A model generated the notes under the pieces. That model did not search any database. It was not told the origin of the DNA and saw only the letters and a program-made list of their open reading frames with translations. A DNA stretch of 64,000 nucleotides, taken from NCBI GenBank assembly GCA_973895155.1, contig OZ316896.1, positions 14,294,684-14,358,683 of the forward strand, written 5' to 3'. Below, in pieces: positions 25,601-37,101 of this stretch. This DNA comes from Marsupella aquatica (lineage: Eukaryota > Plantae > Marchantiophyta). The stretch's first letter is position 1; each line of letters opens with the position of its first letter. The position numbers and the translations under genes are program-made.

Positions 25601-28600
25601 TGGTCAAAACTTGAATTCAATGAATTGATACAATTCATTTGATCAGACATTGATCTGGTTTGATCTGGTTTCAAATGGACTTGCCACGAATTGACTATTG
25701 ACTCTCTTAGGTTGAGAATTTGGTTGCATGAGGTGAAAAAGCCTGATTTTGACAACTGCTTCTGATTATCACGTTGTCGACTTCTATCTTCTGAAAGCTT
25801 AAGCTTTGCCCTTCTCCATTTGGTGAATAGTTGCGTCTAGGTCATGAGTCTATTAACCTCTAATTCAAAACTTGCCAAATTCAGACTTCAGTGAAATCTC
25901 CAAGATTTCCAATTATTTGAAAGTACATTGACAAATCGGGAGAAAAATATTCTAAAGAGGACTCAGCTACTAGAAACCTAAGGCGTTGTTGAGAAAAGCT
26001 ACTTTCTCAACTGATCTTGAGAAAGTAGTCTGCTCAACTCAAATTGATTGCCCAGGGCACTTCAGTGGTCAAATATAGTGTCATTTAATGCCTAAATCAA
26101 CTAATAGAAAAAATTGTGCCTTGGGTTTATTAATTAATGTTCTAAAATTAGTGAAAATATCTCATAGATCTTAAATATTTTAATGTATGCTAACAGAGCA
26201 TTATGGACCACATTAGCCTCTCAAAACGCAAACTAAAGGCCCTTATTTTCCTGTTCATTATGAAGAAGATTGCAAAATCACATTTGGATGAGGTAATTAA
26301 TTTCTCCTATACTTCACTAAAACTATCTCATCAGAATAATCTGTGATACCATAGCATTTTGGACCACAATAGCCTCTCACAACTTGAGTTAAAGCTAATA
26401 TTACATACATTCTTTTTACTCAAACAAGGCCAAAGAAATGTAGCCAGGGGGTCCACGAACTAACTTTAAAGAAGAACAAGTGATATCTCAAAGTAAAGTT
26501 ATGTGGTTTGAGCAAATTTTTGAAGCTGCTATATGGTGAATCCATCTTTCACATTTTGTCTTATTCAGATTTTGTGTCATGTATTTTTATTTCAATGTGC
26601 CTTATCAAGGGGCAGCCTCTGTATCATATACATTTTTAATTAATGTTTAGACCCCTTTAATTTTAGGTATTCTAGACTATTTTGAACTTATTTTGGCACC
26701 ACCATTATAACTTTCAAAGTTTGTGATCTCTTAAAAGAGATATGACTCCCACCACCGGGTCCACCACTTGAACAAATTAAAGTATTCTCATGAGTGAAAA
26801 AAATGATTCTGAATAACATGAACACATAGTGTCTTAAGTTCCCCTCATGTCTTTCTTTCCTAAGTTTATGGTTTTTATTGAAATGAGTGTCATTCATAAG
26901 GCACATTGAATTAAGTGCACATCATAGCACCTTGTGTCATAAAACTTGACTGTGCTTTTCTTGGCACGCACAGTTACTTTTCATGATAAAATTGTAACTC
27001 AAATCCTGGTCACTGTTGCGACCATATGCCACCAACACACCTTTTCTAGCATGCTCTTTCATCACCTTCGGATTTGATTGGGGCTTGTCTTCTTTCCGGT
27101 TCAGGGCCTTGGCTTTTGGCTAGTCTGTTGTGGGTTCCTTTTTGTAGGAGTTCTTTCATCTTCACACACGTCTTTGCGCTTCAGGCTTGGCCTGCCCATT
27201 CTTGCCTGTTAAGTCAGGCATGTGTGTTAGTCGAGTGAGGTGTTACATTCTTAGGTGTGGTCATGGCAGTGAGAGGATTGCTACCCACAATGACCTTCGG
27301 GGTGTGGTTGCTAGCATTGATTGTGACTTGGGCTACAATGTATCATGGCGCAACGTCATGTTTTGCCACCCTGGAATGGTGGCCCTGATTGCCGCTGTGC
27401 CAACCCTGCCGTGGCGACCTTGTTGGGGATGAGGTTGTTGCTGTCCCTTCTAGTGGGGCCAATGTTGCAGCAGCCGCTCGTGTTCCTGGTCACGTAGCCG
27501 CAAGAGCAGCACAACTGAAGGAGGAGGCCTATGCCGTATATTACCTCAAAGATATTTTCTACCCGTTTGAGGTGGAGGTTATGGGGCTCTTCACCCAGCT
27601 TTTGATCGCTTCTTGCGATCTTGCCTGGTTTTGTATGTCGAGCAGAGACCTTATCCACCCGTGTCGGTCATCACAACTTTCTTTTGACAGCGGGTGTCTG
27701 TTGCACTCCAGAGGGCTCAGACACCTACTATTCTTTGTAGGACAAGGCGGTAGATTCTGGTAGATTCTAGGGCAGCTATCCAAGGTTCCATTGCTCTACC
27801 CTCCTATGCACTTCACTCAGCACTTCACTCAGCACCTCACTCAGGAGCTTTACCAGGCTCTCCAGTTTGCAGCTAGATAGTGCCTTGAGGCTGTTTGTTC
27901 TTTGTTGGTTTTGAGTAGGGCATATGATGCTCTGGTTCTTTGGGCTTTCTGGCCTCTTTGGCTGTCTCTCAGTGATTGGGTAGTTGCCCTCAGTTCATTG
28001 GGTGTTTGGCCTGTGGGATCTGTTGGGCGCCCTTGTTCTTTTGAAGATTGATATACGTTTTGTGTTGGTTTGGTAAATGAATCGATTGTTGCTCTTCTCA
28101 TTAACGGCAACATACGAAGAACCAAAAACAACCCATTTGAATCATGACATACACATCGGAATGTTTCCGTCAATCTGAGAGAAAACTATGGAAGAAGGAG
28201 GCGAAGTGTTCCTCAGTACTGGGGACGAAACTCCCAAAAGCTCAGAATCTGCATTGATTTCAATACTCTGAGCACTCCCAATGCTCATAATCTGCTTTGA
28301 TTTCCAAGTGGTCGCATCTGAGAAGGCCGAATCAAGCAAGGTATGCCCGATGACAATTCCGACACTGACATAGTATCACCACTTGTTTCGAAGGTTCGGT
28401 TGATCTCTTAGTTCCACTAGTCCAGAGCGACTTCTCCGATTCAACTGTTTCCCGTTTGATGCATTTCAGCTCCTAGAAAGCAACTCAATGTGGGATGAAG
28501 GTCTTTGGTTTATACCCTTTGTTACGTTTTTTCACCGTTGATAGATTGTCTCCTGCTTATGGAGCCCTTTGTACTTTTTGCGGTGGTATGTAGATGAAGG

Positions 28601-28656
28601 CTGACAAGTCAGGAGAATTCGCACAGTTGGAGGAACCTAGCGATTAACAGGTCATC

Positions 28657-31600
28657 ATGGCCGATATCGGCGAGCGAGATCGGTCCTTCTACTTGCGTCT
28701 CTTGTCCAACAGCATCAGGGACACGGCAGCGCCTGGTGCTGCGGATGCCTCCGATGCAGCTCTTCTCCAGGCGGTACGTGTCGATTCCCGCCGCCTTCCG
28801 TAGTTGCTCTCTAGAAGACTTGTGATGACTGGGATTCGATCAAGGAGTTGTGAAAGCTGCTCTGATCAGTGTGACGTATGTCGTGATGCCCACAGGTGAA
28901 AAGTTTACAGAAACTCTGCAAAGAAGAGCAGAGTGAGGACTTGGTGGCAAGGGTGTATTCATCTGCAGCTAAGCTGTTCCAGCGATACACAGCCTCGGGG
29001 GCGTCCCTCAGACCAAGTCATGGTCTAATATTGCTGGTACCATTGGACGAATACTCTCCACACCCTTCGCTCCTTTTTCCCTTTGCTTGTATGTATCTCG
29101 TTGATTCCGACAGGTAAACAAGCAATGATTGGGTGGGCATAATGGATCAAGTAATGCCATTGAGAACGGCTGTCTTGCAGGCCATCCTTCAATTCTTTCT
29201 GGACTTCGGTGAGGCAGTTCTCCATGACTCAGATCTCAGCATCTGCCTTTTCTTCCGCTCTTGTCTCAGCAGGTCTGCAGTAGGACATCTTTTTCTATGA
29301 CATTTGCACTAGCACCTTGCAAACTGTGAAAATTGTTTTTGACCTCAAGCATCTGTATTCACTACCTGATATCACCTTTTCCTTGGGTTCAGCTGACCTA
29401 GATGTGCGCATTGACATTCTTGAGTCTTCTTGTATCCAGGCTGTTCGCTGATCAGACGGTTGCAAAGGCTACGTTTGATTTTCTGTTGCTGAACAAGAGC
29501 AAGTTTCTACTTTCGCATTCAGGCATACTTCCACAGGTGTGTCCATTTTTTGGATTGTTTGCATGGAATGTCACTCTTGAGATTGACCAGGCTTTTGAGA
29601 TTCTGAGCTAAGTTTACTCTGCTGAAAACTGCAGTTCTTCCCGTTGATCCTGAAGATTGCAGCATGGGGCCAAGAAAGGTATGGACATTTGATTTTTACT
29701 TAGTTTTGCATCCTATATGCGCATAGATCTATGTGCCCTTATCCCATTGGCTCTGTACGTTGTAGGCTGTCAAATAGATGGGGGGAAAATGATTACTGAG
29801 TGATTTATTTTGCCAAGTGAGATTTTCTTGATGGCCCTCGAATCTCACGAACATGAAGACCACCAATCACTTTCATAAGCTCCCTATGTTTGAAGAACCT
29901 TGACTTCAGTTGTATTGATCGCAGTCAAGGTCTTATATGAATCTTCGGTACATCCTGAACTTCACTGATTTGATAATTTGCAGCCTGAGTAACTCAATTT
30001 TGGAGCTATTACCGATGCTGATGGGCCCATCGTCGTTCTTGCCACTATTTCCAGCTCTTCTTGACATGCCAAGTACGCAGCTTAGGGCACTGTTTTGACC
30101 AGGTTGCCCTTTGGTGACAACATTGTACGTTGTGCAGCAGATGGTGTAGTAGAACTTTTTCAAGATTGCAACAATTATATGTTGTTTGTCAGAATGTTGA
30201 TTCCATTTTTGGAGTGGCCACTCTTGAAAAAGGTATTCCGGGAAACGCCGTTTTTGAGTTTAATGGATCCCCTTGTGTGCAACAGCTTTAGTCCTCGCTC
30301 TGGAGAGGCTTGAAGAGCGTTCAGGGTCTGTTCTCAGCAGTAATACAGCTCGTCCTCAAAGTCCAGCACCTGAGGTTGGGTCTCTTCTCTCAAGCCCATT
30401 AATTGCAGTCAGAGGTTCTAAAAATAGAAGGGAAAAAAAACACTTCCGGCTCAGATTTCAAGCAGTTCGCGTTTTTTGCGTTAAAGCAAGCAAATCTTCC
30501 AACGTTTTAACCTTTAAAAAACGTTGTCTTGGAGCCAGATCTTGATCTTTTATGGGACGCTTGCAGGCTCTGCTGGCCCTCATGGACGAGGCATACACAG
30601 GTGGAGTCGGTGGAGTGGAGGCTGAATCTGGTGACGAAGGAGATGGTAGTTCCAGAGGCGAAACTGATGCTCTCTTCGCTGATCTCTTGAAAGATGAGAA
30701 TGAGGGCCTTGCGGTGAGTTTAACTAATAAAATATCCGTCAATTGGGAGTATTGGTTTTGTGTACCTGTTCGTAGTCAATCTGGACAGCAGCGGTGGATT
30801 CGTGATATTAACACGTTGAGTCTCTCGTAGATTGAATGAGGGTGGACATGTGATGGATGAGGAAATGTGATTGAACGAAAGGATGAATTGAACTGTGCTT
30901 AGGCCTTTTGTGTATTCTTTCCTCCCAGTCTAAGGTCAATGTCTCTCCTAGGAGTTGTCAATGGACTGGTGGCATGTTCCCTGATATTTATTTTGTAAGT
31001 TCCTGCAATGATGGAGCAGGAAGTTTTTGAGATGTTCTAAATCGAATGGCTCATTGGATGGTTAGGAACGTCATTGGTCATTCCCGGGCATGGAATCTGC
31101 CGTTCAAGCAGTGATGGGATCTACACCATCTGAGAAGTTGAAGCATGCCTTCAATTTTACACCCACATTGCTTCAGCTATATTTTGATCTGGCACTTCGA
31201 GATGTCAATGATTGTTTGTGCCTCACTCCACTCCTAGGACTCATCTTTAGTTGTTGTATATTATAGATGTCTGTCTAAGTTCGTCAAGATTTGCTTCTCA
31301 CTGCTTGTTGAGGATCATCTTTTGGTTCCTTCTTAATTTAACTTCTGCTTCTTAAAGATGTTTTGTTGACTTTTCCACTTGTGTTGCGTTCTATCAGCGT
31401 TGCTTTGTGCCTTACTTCCCATGGTCTTCCTCAGAGTGGATGCCATGTTTCCAAACAAGCGGTTTTCGTCTCAGGTAAACTGAAAGATTCTGACATAGCT
31501 ACCTGCCGCATGATATAATTCTGACGAGGTAGAAAGCATGTAGCAATTATCAGCTCAAGAACGATTTGCATTAGTTTAAAGTAAGAACTATTCATGTCTT

Positions 31601-34600
31601 TTAATTTCCTTGTTTCCCAGCCTTGTATTTGTCTTCCCCTGTTCCTGGATATGAGAAATACACTTTCCCGGTGGAATGCAGAGCATGATTCTAAAGCACT
31701 CGTTCTGTATCCCTTGTTACCTACGAGGCAGTGATGGTTATTTATTGTCAGATGAGGCTTTTGCCATTGAACTATGAAATTGATGCTGAGCCTTCGTAGG
31801 GTGTCATTACAACCTTACTCGACGGTAGAGATACTGTGATTAACACATGCAAGCAGTGCTAGGGACGCGTATCTAACTTTTTAGTTTGGTTTTGTGTAGT
31901 TCTGTAGCAATTATCAGCTCAAGAACGATTTGCCTTAGTTTATTGATGTTTTTTAATTTCCTTGTTTCCCAGCGTTGTATTTGTCTTCCCCTGTTCCTGG
32001 AAATGAGAAATACACTTTCCCGGTGGAATGCAGAGCATGATTCTAAAGCACTCGTTCTGTATCCCTTGTTACCTACGTGGCAGTGATGGTTATTTATTGT
32101 CAGATGAGGCTTTTGCCATTGAACTATAATATTGATGCTGAGCCTTCGTAGAGTGTCATTACAACCTTACTCGACGGTAGAGATACTGTGATTAACACAT
32201 GCAAGCAGTGCTAGGGACGCGTATCTAACTTTTTAGTTTGGTTTTGTGTAGTTCTGTAGCAATTATCAGCTCAAGAACGATTTGCCTTAGTTTATTGATG
32301 TTTTTTAATTTCCTTGTTTCCCAGCGTTGTATTTGTCTTCCCCTGTTCCTGGAAATGAGAAATACACTTTCCCGGTGGAATGCAGAGCATGATTCTAAAG
32401 CACTCGTTCTGTATCCCTTGTTACCTACGTGGCAGTGATGGTTATTTATTGTCAGATGAGGCTTTTGCCATTGAACTATAATATTGATGCTGAGCCTTCG
32501 TAGGGTGTCATTACAACCTTACTCGACGGTAGCGATGCTGTGATTAACACATGCAAGCAGTGCTAGGGACGCGTATCTAACGTTTTAGTTTGGTGTTTTG
32601 TAGTTCTTAGTTCTCAACTGCTCTGATAAGAAGTATTTAATCGTCGATAATACCCGAAGATGATGTCTTGGCCCATGAAGAAATTGTGATTAGTCTGTCA
32701 GAGCCTTTCATCAGTAATTTACTCGGGGAACACCTAGCAGGACTCTGGTGATCGGCATCCCTTACGTTGCAGCATTATGCAAAGTTGTTGCTTCAGCTCC
32801 CACAAGTTTGGCCCTTTCTCAGGAGATTTTGCAATGATGAAAGATTTTTCCCGAAGTTGAGGTCCTGCCTTTGAAATCGATAATATATCTTCCTGAGCTC
32901 TGCTGTAGCGCCGTTCCGTCTAGACGCTTGATCCGGACCTTAAGGCTTTGGGTCTCACTAAAGAATAATTATATTTCGTGTGAACAGTAATACTTGATCT
33001 GGAGACACTGGTCCATAGTAAGATTCAGAGGAGCCTCCTAGTTTCAGCTTAACTTCTCTCAACCTGCCTGTAGGAGTACTCTCCCCTTTTTCTTACTATA
33101 GATTCCTTGTTCGTGATAGATTAAACTATTCCTCTCGAATTTTACTTCTGAAGTGCAATATGATAAGTTGTGAATGTTGATTGATTATCAGGCTCGTAAA
33201 AAATGCATTGAGTTCGTGCTGGCGGCATTTCGGCAGAAACCTTATTTCATCGCTGTTTTGAAGGTTGGTCACACCCTCTGTCAATCTAGATCTATATGAG
33301 GTCATAAGGTTGTTCTCAGTGCAATTGTGAAGGACATGCATGAGTGGCTGCTGCATTGCCGACTAATCATAGTGTTACGATTTCTTTTACATTTTGCAGA
33401 AGCCAATCATGGATCGCCTTGGGCAACCACACACAAGCGCTGCAAAGGTTAGAACTCTAGTATAAAGCTTCTGACGACTGTGTGGCTTTCCCTATGATGG
33501 TCATAGTCTGACATTTTAGCACATCTAATCACCAATGGCGTCATATGTGGATAAAGAAAAGGAAAAGGGGAACTGACAAATCTAGGTTGTGAAGTGGTCT
33601 CTTGTCATTGGTATTGCATTTCTTATCCGTCAACGGTTTGTAAGAGCGGACGCGTAGAAGTAGCCTTCAAGGTCATTATCGTCTTCCTGCACAACGTTTT
33701 GAGCCCGTTGTGTTTCTGCAGGCTGAGCTTGCATTGCAATTATGTTGGGCAGTTGGTGAGTATGGCGGTGGAGGCTCCACGAACAAGGATGCAGCCCGAC
33801 AACTATTTGAGTCTCTTGAACTGGTTTTATATGAAAATCTTGCATCAAGGTATGATTTCTTCTAGACAGCTTTCCAGTATTTTCGAAAATCATGAAGATA
33901 AGATGATTCTTCTATGTGTGAAGGTTGGTGTTTAATGTAATTTGATCTGTAATTATTGGGCGTCAGTTTATTTTGCCTAGCTCCTGGGATCCTGCTGAAT
34001 CATCAGTTAGCAATTTTGGTATCATGCAGCCGAGCATCTAGAGGAAGCATGGGTGCAGAAAGGCTGAAGATGCCAGGAACTCTGATGCCTGGGAGTCCAG
34101 CCCAAGCACGGTTGCTGTGCTTTGTTGTGACAGCAATTGCTAAGATTGCCTCATATCATCGGGAGCTATCTCCAAGAGCTCGAGTCTGCTTGGCAAAGGT
34201 ATTAAAATCAGGAACTCGTATCTGCAATATGGTCACTCGTAGGTACAGAGTCGAATTGAATTAATTTTTCCCAACTATCTATTTCGATTTGAATTCTTTT
34301 CTTTGCTGGCTTTGTTTAGTAGCAGGGGGTTTGTAATGTAGAAAGGGTGGGAGCTAAACTTGCTTTCTAGAATATTGACCATAGTTCTGCATTTCTTCCT
34401 CCTGGTCCACGAGGGGGTGCTTTGAATCTGTTTTTGTGGGCTAGACTGGATGTCTCGTAATAGCCAAAAATGTCATCACGTCATTTGTCCAGTACCTTAC
34501 AATGTCGTCGAGGACCTGAGAATGTATCATCTGTCCTGAAAGTTCATTGCCATCTTGTGAATCTGCATAGACTTTCAGTTCTAAGTTGTAATCCTTACAG

Positions 34601-34963
34601 GTTGCACGGTCACATCAAGTCGTAGACAAAGCAGTTTGGAAGCGGGCTCGAGATTACTTGGGCCTAATGCAAGAGCCAGCTATCTGCTCGTCCATTCTGG
34701 GATCTTCAGTTGGCAACCAACATCCAACAAATGTCCAATGGTCAGAGGGACGCACAAAATCAGTTGCCAGCATACCCTTCTACCTCCTTGGCGAGAAAGA
34801 GGGTAAGCGTGCAAACTATTTCACCTTACTCGGAACGGTATCCATTTTTAATTGTGCTTTGCTGTTTTATTGACACATTGATTCTCTGACTTTCTTTGCT
34901 TCAGGTCCACCATTCCATGATTTTCGTTTATCTGACATCCTCGGTGGAGGAGCACGAATATAA
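28657..34963 (+). CDS. AP5Z1: AP-5 adaptor complex subunit zeta (multi-exon)
   Basis: GT-AG exons join in frame: MADIGERDRSFYLRLLSNSIRD / VKSLQKLCKEEQSEDLVARVY / AILQFFLDFGEAVLHDSD / FFPLILKIAAW / LPLFPALLDMP / ALLALMDEAYTG / ERHWSFPGM / IEFVLAAFRQKP / AELALQLCWAVGEYGGGG / ARLLCFVVTAIAKIA / VWKRARDYLGLM / GPPFHDF...RI*. These match the plant AP5 zeta family as recalled. Confidence 0.88.
31726..31793 (+). ncRNA. Box C/D snoRNA, U56-like (copy 1), intronic in AP5Z1
   Basis: Box C GTGATGG at 31731 and box D CTGA at 31786. Flanking stem CCTACGA-GGC / GCCTTCGTAGG. The 14-nt guide GTTATTTATTGTCA is complementary to 18S rRNA UGACAAUAAAUAAC and is followed by D' ATGA. Confidence 0.82.
32078..32145 (+). 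ncRNA. Box C/D snoRNA, U56-like (copy 2)
   Basis: Same boxes and guide 352 bp downstream, with an A>T change in the 5' stem. Confidence 0.72.
32430..32497 (+). ncRNA. Box C/D snoRNA, U56-like (copy 3)
   Basis: Same boxes and guide a further 352 bp downstream. Confidence 0.72.
32830..32899 (+). ncRNA. Box C/D snoRNA with a U50-type LSU rRNA guide, intronic in AP5Z1
   Basis: Perfect box C ATGATGA at 32834, guide TTTTCCCGAAG followed by D' TTGA (32857), and box D CTGA at 32893. The guide is complementary to plant 25S AACUUCGGGAAAA. Confidence 0.72.
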
Positions 34964-35913
34964 TCCCCACATTTCATTATTTCTGACGACAACTGGATCT
35001 TTGTGTAGACATGGGAATTTTAATTTATGCCGCCCAAAAAATTCTTTCAGGGCAGAATACCTTTCTGGCAGGTTTTTTTTTTTAATGCTGCTATGCGCAT
35101 TTCTGTTTCAGTCTATGAAGCCCATTTTTGGGGGGTTATTATCCTTTAATCTTAATTTTAGCTTTTCAGCCTATGAGGGCTGTTTTTTGGGCTATTTTTC
35201 CATTTAAAAATTAACTTAACTCCCGTTATATCTTTCTTCAATTTTCTTCTGGGCCTACCCTTACATAGCCCTTTTTTCAATTTAAATATATGGTTTGCAA
35301 TGTTTGCCCTTTTCACTCCCTTATCTTTATTAAGATGTTCTTCGTGAGTACAAGGCTCTAGCCCTTGACCTCAAACTCCCCAACCAAAACAATCATTAAC
35401 TTGTAGGGTGATGATGTTGAAATTAATGCCCTTGATATTATATGTAGTGTTTCATATTCTGCACCCTTGCCCTGCGCCTTCTTGCTGAGCCTACAAAGCT
35501 GTGCTTCTCCCCCTTCACCATAGGAAATTTCACAATAAATTTTCATTTCCATTATTTAAATGTTTTTCTGATAAATTTCAATATGATACCATAACACAAT
35601 AGTGACATGTGTTTTGAATCAGTTCAAATAGAAAGTCAAATAGGTGTTTCTTGGTGGGGTAGCTGTGTAGCCCTCTGTTCAGCCTGGGCTGGGGTATTGG
35701 AATTTGAATGAGGCTTCTGGTGACAAAGACATTATGTAATCACATGGGCTTGAATAGGGAAACTCGTTGACAAAGACTGCAACCACTTGGGCTTGAATGG
35801 CAACCTACGAGTAGGGAATCTATTTTTTCACAATTCCTTTTTGTCCTCACCAGCATGTTTTTTAACACATTTCTTTTTTACCATTGTGGCAAATGTCAGC
35901 CCCTGTGAAGGAG

Positions 35914-36123
35914 ACTATGCCTCATCTATTTTCCCTGATTATTTCCTGACTGTTAGATCTCCTTAGATTGAAGGATGACCATTAGATTCTTGCACATAGG
36001 GTCTATGACTAGGTGGGAAACTATGCCTCATCTATTTTCCCTGATTATTTCCTGACTGTTAGATCTCCCTAGATTGAAGGATGACCATTAGATTCTTGCA
36101 CAGACCTATGACTAGGTGGGAAA
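35914..36123. repeat. About 105-bp tandem duplication
   Basis: ACTATGCCTCATCTATTTTCCCTGATT...CTATGACTAGGTGGGAA occurs twice. Confidence 0.9.
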
Positions 36124-36474
36124 CTGATTAATGGGATAAAACAATTTAGTAAATTTTGCCAAAAGTGGCAGAAACGTTTTGGGGAGGTGGAATCTGACTA
36201 AATTTGCATCTAAAGAACACACTGGTCCGCACTACTATTTATTCTCAAAGACTGTGCAGACCATCTAGTGAGATTTAAATCAAATTTCAATGAGGGTGTG
36301 GTAACATTGCATTAATACAACTATGCCAACTACCCCTTACTATTGTACCCACAATGATTGGTCATACTATTGCTATTTGTAATGGACAGGAACACTTAAC
36401 TATTTGAATAACAATTGGACGCAATAAGTCATGATCAAGGTGTGTGATTGAAAGCGTACCACAATACTACTAGG

Positions 36475-36675
36475 GCGTCTCAAAGTCTCAAAGCCTAATC
36501 TTAACAAGATAAGACCTTCCCATAACTTCAGTATTACAAGAACTATGTTTATGGTAGCCAATCTTAAGCTACCATAAAGCGTCTCAAAGCCTAATCTTAA
36601 CAAGATACGATCCTCCCATAACTTCAGTATTACAGGAACTATGTTTATGGTAGCCAATCTTAAGCTACCATAAAG
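36475..36675. repeat. About 100-bp tandem duplication ending in an 11-bp hairpin
   Basis: GTCTCAAAGCCTAATCTTAACAAGAT...TTTATGGTAGC-CAATCTTAA-GCTACCATAAA occurs twice. Confidence 0.9.
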
Positions 36676-37101
36676 GCCGCGAGCTCAACACTTAACCTGT
36701 AATTGTCTTACAACTATAGGCAAAACTTGGAAAATCCACAAATCCAGGACTCTGGAACTCTGGAAAACCTCAAATGAAGGCACATGAACTTTGTGCCTGA
36801 CTTGATGATGCATTTGAGGTGGCTACTTATCAAGAATGAAAGAAAAACAAGAATAGGCTACTGGACAAGTGAGGTAGTAACTCATGCCTTATGGGGCAGG
36901 TCAATATTATTTCCCCCCATTTAAAAAATTCCGTAACCGGGTTAACCACAAATCACTAACTTTCACTAATAATGAGTCCAATCCACTGTACGTACCACTC
37001 TTTCTTTCGAGTCCAATCCAGTGTTCGCACCAATTCATTGCAGGTCAAAACATCGACGAAATTCGTGCGATTCGTGAGTCGGAGGATCAGTGGAGCGAGC
37101 T

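Larger units (their letters stand above)
31539..32606. repeat. Three-copy tandem repeat (about 364, 352, 352 bp) in an AP5Z1 intron
   Basis: Units start TGTAGCAATTATCAGCTCAAG at 31539, 31903 and 32255. Identical ORF-track peptides occur at 31886 and 32238. Confidence 0.97.

Noticed and set aside
26591-26910. Possible MITE bounded by a 15-bp inverted repeat
   Set aside because: No clear target-site duplication and only one copy in the window.
27187-28173. GC-rich block with several overlapping ORFs
   Set aside because: No recognisable domain or consistent splice model; probably a decayed TE.
31886-32438. Two identical 66-aa ORFs
   Set aside because: They start at TTG and are by-products of the intronic tandem repeat; no AP5Z1 exon is missing here.
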